From: Candidatus Nealsonbacteria bacterium
GTDB taxonomy: Bacteria > Patescibacteriota > Minisyncoccia > Minisyncoccales > JANBVM01
Assembly: GCA_026016225.1 (NCBI GenBank)
Contig: CP061210.1
Coordinates: 66,000-129,999 of the forward strand
Length of the DNA: 64,000 bases
Direction of reading: 5' to 3'
Shown: one piece after another, positions 17,397 to 27,067 of the stretch
Position numbering within the stretch: the stretch's first letter is position 1
How the letters are laid out: every line of letters starts with the position of its first letter
Notes under the pieces: generated by a model
Database searches by the model: none
The model's input: the letters and a program-made list of their open reading frames with translations, nothing else
Told to the model about the DNA's origin: nothing
Translations under genes and position numbers: made by a program

Positions 17397-19109
17397 TTAT
17401 GTTGTTCTTAAAACCTCTTCTATGGTGGTAATTCCTTTCAAAACTTTTAATATGCCGTCCTGCCTCATTGTAGTCATTGATTGTCTTTTAGCTTCTTTCA
17501 ATAAGCTTTTCTCTGAAATATCTTTTGAAATTATTTCGGCAAACTCCTCGGTCATTTCAAAAACTTCAAAAAGACCAATCCTTCCGGAAAATCCTCCATG
17601 GTTGCACCTTTCACAGCCTTTCGCCTCCCAAAGATAAAGAGGTTCTGAAAGTTTAATCTCTTCTTTTACTTTTTTTGAAAAACCTGCCACTTCCTTTAAA
17701 ATTAAATTTTTAATTTCCTCTTTAGCTTTTATCTTTTTTTTACATTTGTCGCACAGCCTCTGAACTAACCTCTGAGCTACAGCTAAACTCAGAGTTGCTG
17801 GAATCAGAAAGGGCTGAACTCCTAAATCAAGTAGTCTTGGAATTACTCCTAAAGAATCATTAGTATGCAGGGTTGATAAAACAATATGGCCTGTTAGAGC
17901 AGCATGAGTAGCCAAAGAAGCAGTTTCTTCATCTCTAATCTCTCCTACCATAATAACGTCAGGGTCCTGCCTAAGAATAGACCTTAATCCATTGGCAAAA
18001 CTGTAACCAATTTCCGGCCTAATTTGAGACTGATTAATCCCTTCTATAAAATACTCTACCGGGTCTTCAAGCGTGATAATATTCACGCTTTCTTTGTTTA
18101 GAATCTGTAATATTCCATATAAAGTTGTTGTTTTACCGCAGCCGGTTGGACCCGTAGCTAAAATCATCCCGAATGGTTTTTTAATTGCTCTCATGAGAAT
18201 CTCTAAATTTCTTTTAGATAAGCCCAACCCTTCAAGCTTCTTCAAACCCATTGTTGGATCTAAAATTCTAATAGCCACTTTTTCTCCTAAAGTTGTTGGA
18301 AAGGTAGAAACTCTAAAGTCAATGTCCTTGTTGTCTATTATGGTTGAAAACCTACCATCTTGAGGAATTCTGGTTTCATCAAGTTTCAAATTAGATAAAA
18401 CTTTAATTCTGGAAACTATAGCCTGATGGGCTCTGATTGGCAAAATAATCGAGGAATGCAAAGAGCCAAGTAATCTAAAACGTATTCTTAATTTTTCTTT
18501 TTCTGGCTCAATATGAACATCAGATGCTTTCCCTTCAACTGAATATCTCAAAATCACAGCCACCACTTTTGAAATAGGAGTTTCCTCAATTAATCTTTCT
18601 ATCTCGGCAGCTGTAGGAGCGGGACCTTTCTTTACTTTTAAGTCCTCTTTTAATTTCTCTAAAGCTTCTCCTACTTCTTGCGTTAAACTTCGATGTTGCT
18701 TTAATATTTTATTAAAAGTAGTAGGAGTAATCAAATATATTTTATAATCAAACTTACCTCTTCTTGTTAAAAACTTCAATGCCTCTACGGCATCTAAATC
18801 TTCAGGATAAACCATTCCCACATCTAAAACATTATCTTTTTTCGCTAAGACAATTATTTTATAATGTTGAATGGTCTCTGACGGTATTAATCCTAAAATT
18901 TCCAAAGGGACTTTTTTTGGATCTACTTCTTTTAAAGGAATGCCTAAGTCTTGTGATTTTAGATTAAATAAAGATTCTTCGGAAACTGCCTTTTTCTCTA
19001 AAAGAACTTCTTCTTCTTTTTTACCCGAAGCTTCAATTTCTTTTTCTAAAAGAATTGCTTTTTCTTTTTCCAACAATCCTTTTTTAACTAATTTTGCTAA
19101 TAATGACAT
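17397..19109 (-). CDS. pilB: Type IV pilus assembly ATPase (GspE/PilB family)
   Basis: GPTGCGKTTT Walker A, the tetracysteine CDKC...CERC, and 570 aa length. Confidence 0.85.
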   Translation of the reverse strand: MSLLAKLVKKGLLEKEKAILLEKEIEASGKKEEEVLLEKKAVSEESLFNLKSQDLGIPLKEVDPKKVPLEILGLIPSETIQHYKIIVLAKKDNVLDVGMVYPEDLDAVEALKFLTRRGKFDYKIYLITPTTFNKILKQHRSLTQEVGEALEKLKEDLKVKKGPAPTAAEIERLIEETPISKVVAVILRYSVEGKASDVHIEPEKEKLRIRFRLLGSLHSSIILPIRAHQAIVSRIKVLSNLKLDETRIPQDGRFSTIIDNKDIDFRVSTFPTTLGEKVAIRILDPTMGLKKLEGLGLSKRNLEILMRAIKKPFGMILATGPTGCGKTTTLYGILQILNKESVNIITLEDPVEYFIEGINQSQIRPEIGYSFANGLRSILRQDPDVIMVGEIRDEETASLATHAALTGHIVLSTLHTNDSLGVIPRLLDLGVQPFLIPATLSLAVAQRLVQRLCDKCKKKIKAKEEIKNLILKEVAGFSKKVKEEIKLSEPLYLWEAKGCERCNHGGFSGRIGLFEVFEMTEEFAEIISKDISEKSLLKEAKRQSMTTMRQDGILKVLKGITTIEEVLRTT

Positions 19110-19123
19110 ATTTAAAATTAGGT

Positions 19124-19396
19124 TTATTTAGGTTTAGGGATAAATGGGTTTTCCCGTCCCATCTCTCCTTCAAACTCAGGTATCTTCTCTATTGGTTGAA
19201 GTTCTTTAAAAAAAGAATTTTCGAAAATTTTAAAATCTATCTTTATTTTCCTAAAGTGCATTATTGGTTCGACAAAAAGTTCTTCTTCAATATGTTGACT
19301 CCACCAAACAATGGAAATAGTAATTAAGACTAAGACTAAAAAAACTAAAATCAAATTTTTTTGTTTCTTTATTTGTTTTTTAAATACTATAGCCAT
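19124..19396 (-). CDS. Small single-TM protein in the pilus operon
   Basis: Begins MAIVFKKQIKKQKNLILVFLVLVLITISIVWW. The track ORF extends to 19441 through repeat copy B via a non-ATG codon. Confidence 0.4.
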   Translation of the reverse strand: MAIVFKKQIKKQKNLILVFLVLVLITISIVWWSQHIEEELFVEPIMHFRKIKIDFKIFENSFFKELQPIEKIPEFEGEMGRENPFIPKPK

Positions 19397-19406
19397 ATTA
19401 AGAAGG

Positions 19407-19445
19407 AACCAGTCGCTTCGCTCCTTGTAATTGCTTCGCAATTAA
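19407..19445 (+). repeat. 41-nt hairpin element, copy B (intergenic); a partial second copy lies at 19452-19474
   Basis: aaccagtcgcttcgctccttgtaattgcttcgcaattaa, followed by aaaccattagcttcgcaattaat. Confidence 0.8.
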
Positions 19446-19469
19446 AAAAGGAAACCATTAGCTTCGCAA

Positions 19470-19988
19470 TTAATAGGAATGAACTCCTGTTATTATATTA
19501 AAACTAAATAACTTTTTTCCTTCTGAGTAAGAAAATGAAATATTATCAACTTCAATTAATCTGGTTGACCTTTCTATAATTGAAAGAAAGTTTTTAAAAT
19601 CAGAGTAATCACCCTTTAAAAAAAGATTAATCTTTCTGGTTTTAATTTTCTCTTCTTCAGTAGAAGGAGTTGAGCCTGGAGATACTCTTTCTAAAATGAG
19701 CCCTGACCGGGAAGCTGTTTTTTGAAAGAGATTCAAAAGCTCTGTCAAGGAAGAATCTTTAGGCAGGGCAGATTCAATTTTTAAAAAGGACTCTTGTTTC
19801 TCTTTAATTTCATCTAAAATTCCTTGAAGTTCTTGAAAGTGCTTTTCGTAAGAGCGAAGTTCAAAATCTTTCTTAAAAATATTTTGCTTTAAATAATTTA
19901 AAGCCCTGTATTCAGGCAATAATAAAGCAAATATAAGTAAAAGAGATAAAGAAAAAGTAATTACAATATAAAGTGGATAGTTTCTCAT
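19470..19988 (-). CDS. PilO-like pilus assembly protein
   Basis: N-terminal TM helix plus coiled-coil, with size and operon position matching PilO. Confidence 0.45.
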   Translation of the reverse strand: MRNYPLYIVITFSLSLLLIFALLLPEYRALNYLKQNIFKKDFELRSYEKHFQELQGILDEIKEKQESFLKIESALPKDSSLTELLNLFQKTASRSGLILERVSPGSTPSTEEEKIKTRKINLFLKGDYSDFKNFLSIIERSTRLIEVDNISFSYSEGKKLFSFNIITGVHSY

Positions 19989-19989
19989 G

Positions 19990-20544
19990 TTAGTCTTTAT
20001 TTATTGGTGTTGTTATTGAATATCTAAAAAGCTCCTCTTTAAATAAAATATCTAAATTAAACTCAATCCCTCCTTTTTTAGAGATGGAAACATCAGATAA
20101 AATCACGTCCTTAACTAATTCCTCTTGTTTAAAAATCGAAATTTGCTGTCCTAAAGATAAAAAACTATCAGCCAGCCCATAAAGAGAAACCCTTGAGCTT
20201 TTAGATTTTAAGTTAGTTTCAGAAAAGAAAACCTGAGGATGGGTTTTACTCTCCATAAAATCAAAAAATTTTGTGTTTAGAATGTGATTTTCAAAAAGAA
20301 AAGAAAAATCTTCAAGTTTTCTCTTGTAATCAAGAATCTCTTTTTCTAAATCAATTATTCTGAAGACTCCTTCTTGAGACAATCTTTCTTCCAAGGCATC
20401 AAGATCTTTCTCTGACTTTTCTTTAAAATTACGTAATACGAAAAAACCTACAATAATTGCTATAAGCAAAAAAATCAAAAAGTAAAGTAAATTTCTTTGC
20501 CAAGAAGGTATTTCCTCAAATGATTTTGGTATTATTTCAACCAT
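19990..20544 (-). CDS. PilN-like pilus assembly protein
   Basis: Single TM helix after a short cytoplasmic N-terminus. It lies immediately downstream of pilM. Confidence 0.45.
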   Translation of the reverse strand: MVEIIPKSFEEIPSWQRNLLYFLIFLLIAIIVGFFVLRNFKEKSEKDLDALEERLSQEGVFRIIDLEKEILDYKRKLEDFSFLFENHILNTKFFDFMESKTHPQVFFSETNLKSKSSRVSLYGLADSFLSLGQQISIFKQEELVKDVILSDVSISKKGGIEFNLDILFKEELFRYSITTPINKD

Positions 20545-20596
20545 AGTGGTAATGCATAATCAGGTCTCGACCCTCCTCCGATAGGGGATGTTTTTC

Positions 20597-21682
20597 TTAT
20601 TCCACTCCTCTTAAAGCCATTCCTACTGCAATCGCATAAGAGGGTCCTATCTCTTTTAATGTTTTATCAAGAATTGGAGGAAAGAAAATTTTTGAAAAGG
20701 GATTAGCAATCACTACTTCTCTTTTAGTAAAATGGTCTTTAAAATATTCAAATAAACCGGGCAAAAAAGCATTTCCTCCAGCTAAAATAATCTTTTCCAC
20801 CTCCTTTTTTTCTTTTAAATAAAAATTCATAAAAATTTTATCAATCTCACTAATAATTAAATCAATCAGTGGAATCAAAATATCTCTTACATGATTTTCA
20901 TCTTCTTTTCCAGCTCCTCCCAAAGATAATATTCCATATTTTTTCTTAAGCTCTTCTGCTTTTTTATAGTCCACTGATAATCCTTTAGATATTCTCTCTG
21001 TCAAACTGTCTCCGGAAATATCAAAGCTGCGCGAGACCTTTAAAACTCTTTTCTCAATTATACTACAACTTGTGCTTCTAGCGCCAATATCAACTAAACC
21101 AACAATTCCTTTTTCTTCACTTTTTACCAGAGACCTGACCAGGCCAAATACTTCTGCCTCCAGAACTGAAAGTTTAAGGTTTAAATTAGTAGCAATGTTT
21201 TGATACTGATTAACAACTTCATTAGGAACCGCAACTAAAAGGATTTCTAAATTTTCAGCTTTGTTTCTTCCAGGTCTGTTTATTATCTGCCAATCTAATA
21301 TCACCTCTGCTAAAGGAAGGGGAACATGTCGCCTCGCTTCTGCTCTCACTGCTTGAGAAACTTCTTCTTTACTCATTGATGGTAATTCAAAAGTGGTAAA
21401 AAAACTAGAAAAATCTGGAATGGAAAAAGCGACTTTTTGTGATTTAATATTAGCCTCTTCAATAATGGCTTTAATTGCTCTGGAAACATCTTTGGTGGAA
21501 AGTAAAAGAGTACTTTTTTCAAATGTCCTGAATGGTTTTTTATAAAGAAACTCAGCCGAAACCTCGCCATAGTTTTCCAGATTTCTCCTCCCTGCCCAAC
21601 TCGAGAGTTCCACCACCTTAATAAATGAAGTACCAATATCTATTCCTAAAAATTTTTGTGGGATTAATCCTAAAAACCGCAT
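20597..21682 (-). CDS. pilM: Type IV pilus assembly protein PilM (actin-like ATPase fold)
   Basis: GIDIGTSFIKVVEL and VDIGARSTS phosphate motifs. Confidence 0.75.
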   Translation of the reverse strand: MRFLGLIPQKFLGIDIGTSFIKVVELSSWAGRRNLENYGEVSAEFLYKKPFRTFEKSTLLLSTKDVSRAIKAIIEEANIKSQKVAFSIPDFSSFFTTFELPSMSKEEVSQAVRAEARRHVPLPLAEVILDWQIINRPGRNKAENLEILLVAVPNEVVNQYQNIATNLNLKLSVLEAEVFGLVRSLVKSEEKGIVGLVDIGARSTSCSIIEKRVLKVSRSFDISGDSLTERISKGLSVDYKKAEELKKKYGILSLGGAGKEDENHVRDILIPLIDLIISEIDKIFMNFYLKEKKEVEKIILAGGNAFLPGLFEYFKDHFTKREVVIANPFSKIFFPPILDKTLKEIGPSYAIAVGMALRGVE

Positions 21683-21685
21683 TTT

Positions 21686-22390
21686 GTGTTATTATATCAT
21701 ATGAGAAAAAAAATAAAAAACCTTTTTCTCAATTTATTATTCCCAAAATTTTGCTTTGGCTGTCATAGAGAAGGATGTTATCTCTGCCAAGATTGCAAAA
21801 GCATCCTTGAACTTTCTGATTTTCATCAAATCTTAAAAACGGAAGAGCTCGACGATTTATACTTTTCTACGGAATACAAAAGTCCTCTACTTAAAAATCT
21901 GATCCAAAATTTCAAATATCAACCATTTATCAAAGAACTCTCTTTGTCTCTATCTTCCTTAATAATAGAACATTTTCAATTACTTGATAACCCGCCATTA
22001 TTTTATAGGGAAAAATCGAACTTTACTTTAACTCCTGTCCCGCTTGAAAAAAGAAGGTTAAGGTGGCGAGGGTTCAATCAAGCAGAGGAGATTGCAAAAA
22101 AGCTTTCAGAATTTTTAGAAATACCCTTGGTCAATGACGTTTTGATAAAAAAACGAGAAACATTACCTCAGGTTAAACTCTCTAATGAGGAAAGAAAAGA
22201 AAATGTTTCAAAAGCTTTTTACTGCCAGAATCAAGAAAAGATAAAAGGAAAAAATATTCTATTGGTTGATGATATTTATACCACAGGTTCTACAATAAAG
22301 GAAGCGGCTAAAGTTTTAAAAACATCGGGAGCAAAAAAAATTATAGGAATAGTTATTGCCAGAGCCAAGCCCGGCCAAGACAGTGTATAA
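21686..22390 (+). CDS. comF: ComF family phosphoribosyltransferase-domain protein
   Basis: N-terminal CFGC...CQDC zinc finger and the C-terminal PRTase motif ILLVDDIYTTGST. Confidence 0.75.
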   Translation: MLLYHMRKKIKNLFLNLLFPKFCFGCHREGCYLCQDCKSILELSDFHQILKTEELDDLYFSTEYKSPLLKNLIQNFKYQPFIKELSLSLSSLIIEHFQLLDNPPLFYREKSNFTLTPVPLEKRRLRWRGFNQAEEIAKKLSEFLEIPLVNDVLIKKRETLPQVKLSNEERKENVSKAFYCQNQEKIKGKNILLVDDIYTTGSTIKEAAKVLKTSGAKKIIGIVIARAKPGQDSV

Positions 22391-22476
22391 ACTATCGCCA
22401 ACTAAAAATCATGTCAATGATAACCAAAAGCCGAGGAAAACTCCCGGCTTTTATTGAATTTTTTATAAGAAAAGGG

Positions 22477-22562
22477 CGGTGGGTGCAGGACTTGAACCTG
22501 CAAGCCCCTTGCGGGGCGCTGGTTTTCAAAACCAGTTCCTTACCAATTCGGAGCAACCCACC
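22477..22562 (-). tRNA. tRNA-Ser(TGA)
   Basis: Hand fold: acceptor ggtgggt/acccacc, anticodon loop tttgaaa, long variable arm, T-loop ttcaagt. Confidence 0.8.
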
Positions 22563-22573
22563 CTTAAAAGGGG

Positions 22574-22661
22574 CGGAGGAGGTGGGACTCGAACCCACAG
22601 GCCGCTGTTTAGACGGCTACAGTTTAGCAAACTGCTGGCTTGCCATTCGCCGCACTCCTCC
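22574..22661 (-). tRNA. tRNA-Ser(GCT)
   Basis: Acceptor ggaggag/ctcctcc, anticodon loop ttgctaa, long variable arm. Confidence 0.8.
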
Positions 22662-22749
22662 TGATAACTGGCTATATTCTATCTTTAAAAATCAATAAAG
22701 TCAATCTTGTTTTTAGATAAATTTTGTGATAAATTAAGTAAGAAATAAT

Positions 22750-22822
22750 GTCCCCGTAGTTTAATGGATAGAACATCAGATTGCGGATTTGAAGGTTGTA
22801 GGTTCGAGTCCTACCGGGGACA
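22750..22822 (+). tRNA. tRNA-Arg(GCG)
   Basis: Acceptor gtccccg/cggggac, anticodon stem tcaga/tttga, loop ttgcgga, T-loop ttcgagt. Confidence 0.75.
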
Positions 22823-22850
22823 CAAGAAATGATTACATGTTTCATGTTCT

Positions 22851-24953
22851 ATGAATCTCTCTACTTCTGTTGAAAAAATTCCAAGAATCGGTCCTCAGTA
22901 TCAAAAAAAGTTAAAGAAACTGGGGATTAAAACCGTTCGTGAACTTTTGTTTCATTTTCCTCATCGCTATGAGGATTTTTCGACTTTAACACCAATATCT
23001 GAAGTAAAGATTGGAGGAACTGTTTGTATCCAGGGAAAAATTTTGGAAATCAAAAACACCATAACCTGGAAAAGGCGAATGGTTATAACCGAAGCAATAG
23101 TAGAAGATGATTCTGGAGCAATTAAGGTTATCTGGTTTAACCAACCTTATTTAATTGATACCTTAAAACCAGAAAATCTCGTCTGTCTGGCAGGAAAAGT
23201 AGCCCTGGGCAAAAAAAGTTATCCCGGAATTTATCTGTCCAGTCCTTCTTATGAAAAAATATCAGATGCTGAAAAAAAGAATCTAATTCACACAGGAGGT
23301 TTAATTCCGGTTTATCCTGAAACAGAAGGTCTTTCTTCAAGATGGCTGAGATATATTTTAAGGCCTCTTTTAGCCAAGTTTAAAAAAGAAATCAAAGATT
23401 CCCTGCCAGAGCTCATTAAAAAAGAGGAAAGTTTACTACCATTAAATCAGGCTTTATGGCAAATTCATTTTCCAGATTCAAAAGAATTAGCAAAAAAAGC
23501 CAGAAAAAGATTTTCTTTCCAGGAACTTTTTTTCATTCAGTTAAATGTTCTCAGGGAAAAAATGAGATTGAAAATGGAAAAAGCAATCTCTATTCCTTTT
23601 GATTTGAAGATTGTAAAAAGTTTTGTTGACTCTCTGCCTTTTAAACTGACCAATGCCCAAAGAAAATCTGCCTGGCAAATATTAAAGGACATAGAAAAAC
23701 CAAGACCAATGAACAGGTTGTTAGAAGGTGATGTGGGTTCTGGAAAAACAATTGTTGCTACCATTGCTGCTTTAAACGTAGCTAAAGCCGAATATCAGGT
23801 AGCTTTTATGGCACCGACAGAAATTTTAGCCGAGCAGCATTTCAAAAACCTTAAAAATATCCTAAAAGATTTTAAATTAAAAATTGGGCTTCTCACAGGA
23901 AGTAATTCTAAAATCTCTGAAAAAAAAATAACTAAAAAAACATTATTACAAAAGATAAAAGAGGGAGAAATAGATATTATTATCGGAACCCATGCTTTAA
24001 TCCAGGAAGAAGTAAGGTTTGGGAAATTAGCTTTAGTAATTTTAGACGAGCAACATCGATTTGGAGTAGAACAACGAGCCCGCCTCTGCCAGGGAGCAGA
24101 CTCGCAAGTAAAACTTATACCTCATTTATTATCAATGACTGCAACCCCTATTCCAAGAACGTTGGCTTTAACTTTATATGGCGACTTGGACCTGTCCTTG
24201 CTTGATGAAATGCCAAAAGGAAGAAAAAAAATAATCACAAAAGTAATCCCGCCAAAAGAAAGAGAAAGAGTTTACGATTTTATTAAAGACGAAGTTAAGA
24301 AAGGGAAACAGGTTTTTGTTATCTGCCCTCGGATAGAAAGCACAGAAACAAGTAAGAATTGGTCAGACGTAAAAGCTGTTAAAAAAGAATATGAGAAATT
24401 ATCAAAAAAAATTTTCCCTAAATTAAAAGTAGCCATGCTTCACGGAAAAATGAAGTCTAAAGAGAAAGAAGAAGTAATGAAAAAAATGAAGAATAAAAAA
24501 ATTGATGTTTTAGTTTCTACTTCAGTAATAGAGGTAGGTATTGATATTCCTAATGCCACCTTAATGCTCATTGAAGGAGCTGATAAATTCGGCTTATCAC
24601 AGCTCCACCAATTTAGGGGAAGAGTTGGAAGGAGAGAAGACCAATCTTTCTGTTTTTTATTTACTGATTCAGGAGCTAAAAAAACAAGAATGCGCTTAAG
24701 AGCACTTCTGGATTCAAAAACAGGTTTTGAACTAGCGGAAAAAGATTTGCAAATCAGGGGACCTGGTGAAGTTTTTGGCGCCAGGCAGTGGGGAATACCG
24801 GATTTAGCTATGTCTTCCCTATCAGATGTATTTTTGGTTGAAAAAACAAGGTCCTGGGCCCAAAAGATTTTACAACAAGACCCTCAATTAAAAAAATATC
24901 CGCTTTTAGCGGATGAAATAAAAGAATTTGGCAAAATAATTCACCTTGAATAA
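22851..24953 (+). CDS. recG: ATP-dependent DNA helicase RecG
   Basis: Wedge/OB N-terminus, GDVGSGKT Walker A, DEQHRFG, TATPIPRTL, QLHQFRGRVGR. Confidence 0.9.
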   Translation: MNLSTSVEKIPRIGPQYQKKLKKLGIKTVRELLFHFPHRYEDFSTLTPISEVKIGGTVCIQGKILEIKNTITWKRRMVITEAIVEDDSGAIKVIWFNQPYLIDTLKPENLVCLAGKVALGKKSYPGIYLSSPSYEKISDAEKKNLIHTGGLIPVYPETEGLSSRWLRYILRPLLAKFKKEIKDSLPELIKKEESLLPLNQALWQIHFPDSKELAKKARKRFSFQELFFIQLNVLREKMRLKMEKAISIPFDLKIVKSFVDSLPFKLTNAQRKSAWQILKDIEKPRPMNRLLEGDVGSGKTIVATIAALNVAKAEYQVAFMAPTEILAEQHFKNLKNILKDFKLKIGLLTGSNSKISEKKITKKTLLQKIKEGEIDIIIGTHALIQEEVRFGKLALVILDEQHRFGVEQRARLCQGADSQVKLIPHLLSMTATPIPRTLALTLYGDLDLSLLDEMPKGRKKIITKVIPPKERERVYDFIKDEVKKGKQVFVICPRIESTETSKNWSDVKAVKKEYEKLSKKIFPKLKVAMLHGKMKSKEKEEVMKKMKNKKIDVLVSTSVIEVGIDIPNATLMLIEGADKFGLSQLHQFRGRVGRREDQSFCFLFTDSGAKKTRMRLRALLDSKTGFELAEKDLQIRGPGEVFGARQWGIPDLAMSSLSDVFLVEKTRSWAQKILQQDPQLKKYPLLADEIKEFGKIIHLE

Positions 24954-27067
24954 GGCCAGTCCTCAATCATTAAGCACTTCTTTTTATTTTTAATTGGTAA
25001 ATTCTGGTAAATCTCTTCTGTAATAAAAGGTATAAAAGGATGTAAAAGCTTCAAAGAAGATAATAACACATATAGCAAGATTTTCTTGGTTACTTCTTGC
25101 TCTTTTTTTGATTTAGCATTTTTAACCTGCAGTTTTGATTGTTCAATGTATTTATCGCAAAAATCATGCCAGAAAAACTCATAAAGAATCCTGGCTGCTT
25201 TTCCAAACCTAAAATTCTCTAAGTGTGCGTCAACAGATTCTATTGTTTTTTCTAAAGCCTTTAATATCTTTTTATCTGCTTTGGTTAAGTTTTGAATTTT
25301 AAACCCCGCACCGGAAGCTCCGCTTCGGCACAAGGCATGTTTTGAATTTTGAATTTGAAACAATATATATCTCGTTGCATTCCAAATCTTATTGCAGAAT
25401 TTCTTCCCCATAACAATACTGTCCTCACTAAATCTAATATCTTGTCCTCCTGTAAGCTGCCAGGCAAATCCAAATCTTAAAGCATCAGCTCCATATTTCT
25501 CAATTAAAATCATTGGGTCAATACCTATTCCAAGAGATTTTGACATTCTTCTTCCTTCTTTTGTCAAAACAGTAGGATGGATATAAACATCTTTAAAAGG
25601 TTTCTTTTTCATAAATTCCATCCCTGAAAATATCATTCTCAGCACCCAGAGATTAATAATGTCTCTGGCTGTTGATAAAACGTCTGTTGGATAAAATTTC
25701 TTTAAATCTTTTGTTTTCTTGGGCCAGCCGAGCGTTGCAAATGGCCAGAGAGCTGAAGAAAACCAGGTGTCTAAAACATCTTCAGAACCTTTAATAGGAA
25801 TTTTATGGCCCCACCAAATTTGTCTTGAGATACACCAATCTTTTATATTTGAAATCCAATCGAAATAAATCTTTTCAAATCTTTTTGGATGAAATTTTAT
25901 TCTCCCTGACCTGACTTCCTTTTCAGCCATCTTTGCTAATTTTTCCATCTCCACAAACCATTGCTTAGAAGGTAAAATCTCAATTTTTGTCTTACAGCGG
26001 TCACAAAAAGGAACCTGATGAGAAAAATCTTTAATCTTCTCTATTAATCCTAATTTTTTTAAGTCTTTAACAATTGCTTCTCTTGCTTTTAAAATTGATA
26101 GACCTTGATAATCAGCCGGTGCATTTTTTTTAATTTTACCCTCTTCATCAATAACTTGAGTAATATCCAAGTTATGAGAAATACCAATTTCGTAATCTTT
26201 TAAATCGTGGGCTGGAGTAACTTTTACAGCTCCTGTCCCAAATTCCAAATCAACAAGTCTATCAGAAATAATTGGAATTTCTCTATTAACTAAAGGTAAA
26301 ATTGCTTTTTTACCAACTAATTTTTTGTACCTTTTATCTTTTGGATTTACGGCTACTGCCGCATCACCTAACATTGTTTCGGGTCTTGTCGTCGCAACTA
26401 CGATATATTTTGTAGTTTGTGTTTTGTAATTTGTATTTTTAAGCGGATATCTTATGTACCATAATTTTCCTTGTTCTTCTTTATAATCTACCTCTAAATC
26501 TGATAAACTGGTCTGGCATCTTGAACACCAATTAATTGGTCGTTCTTTTTTATAAACTAAACCCTTCTTATAATAATTCAAAAAAGCTTTTTTCACGGCT
26601 GCTGAATATTCTTTGTCCATCGTAAATCTTGTTCTTGACCAATCTAAAGAAGAGCCTAATTTTTCAAATTGTTCTAAGATAGCATTTCCGTATTTTCGTT
26701 TCCATTGCCAAACCCTTTTTATGAATAGTTTTTTACCCAAATCAAAACGAGTTTTACCTTCTTTTTTCAATTCTTTTTCAACCTGAACCTGGGTAGCTAT
26801 TCCAGCGTGGTCGGTTCCGGGCAGCCATAGGGTTCTATATCCTTTAAGTCTTTTCCAACGGATTAAAATATCATTAATAATTGCATTTAAAGCCTGTCCC
26901 ATATGAAGTCTTCCTGTAACATTAGGAGGAGGCAGCATAATAGTAAATGGCTTTTTTCTTTTTCCCAAAAGTTTGTCGGGATTAAAAAAACCGCTCTTTA
27001 GCCAAAGCTTATAAATGCGATTTTCTACAGTTTTTGGATTGTGGACTTTTGGGATTTCAGATTTCAT
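24941..27067 (-). CDS. valS: Valine--tRNA ligase (short form)
   Basis: PPPNVTGRLHMGQA (HIGH-type motif), RMSKSLG (KMSKS), TRPETMLGD. The start is taken at MKSEIPKV; the track ORF extends to 27088. Confidence 0.85.
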   Translation of the reverse strand: MKSEIPKVHNPKTVENRIYKLWLKSGFFNPDKLLGKRKKPFTIMLPPPNVTGRLHMGQALNAIINDILIRWKRLKGYRTLWLPGTDHAGIATQVQVEKELKKEGKTRFDLGKKLFIKRVWQWKRKYGNAILEQFEKLGSSLDWSRTRFTMDKEYSAAVKKAFLNYYKKGLVYKKERPINWCSRCQTSLSDLEVDYKEEQGKLWYIRYPLKNTNYKTQTTKYIVVATTRPETMLGDAAVAVNPKDKRYKKLVGKKAILPLVNREIPIISDRLVDLEFGTGAVKVTPAHDLKDYEIGISHNLDITQVIDEEGKIKKNAPADYQGLSILKAREAIVKDLKKLGLIEKIKDFSHQVPFCDRCKTKIEILPSKQWFVEMEKLAKMAEKEVRSGRIKFHPKRFEKIYFDWISNIKDWCISRQIWWGHKIPIKGSEDVLDTWFSSALWPFATLGWPKKTKDLKKFYPTDVLSTARDIINLWVLRMIFSGMEFMKKKPFKDVYIHPTVLTKEGRRMSKSLGIGIDPMILIEKYGADALRFGFAWQLTGGQDIRFSEDSIVMGKKFCNKIWNATRYILFQIQNSKHALCRSGASGAGFKIQNLTKADKKILKALEKTIESVDAHLENFRFGKAARILYEFFWHDFCDKYIEQSKLQVKNAKSKKEQEVTKKILLYVLLSSLKLLHPFIPFITEEIYQNLPIKNKKKCLMIEDWPYSR
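25289..25350. repeat. GC-rich palindromic insert flanked by 12-nt direct repeats, inside valS
   Basis: gttttgaatttt occurs at 25289-25300 and 25339-25350, flanking aaaccccgcaccggaagctccgcttcggcacaaggcat. Confidence 0.7.

Noticed and set aside
22392-22698. Three overlapping track ORFs (68, 95 and 61 aa).
   Set aside because: They cover the two tRNA-Ser genes, and their GC-rich stretches are the tRNA stems.
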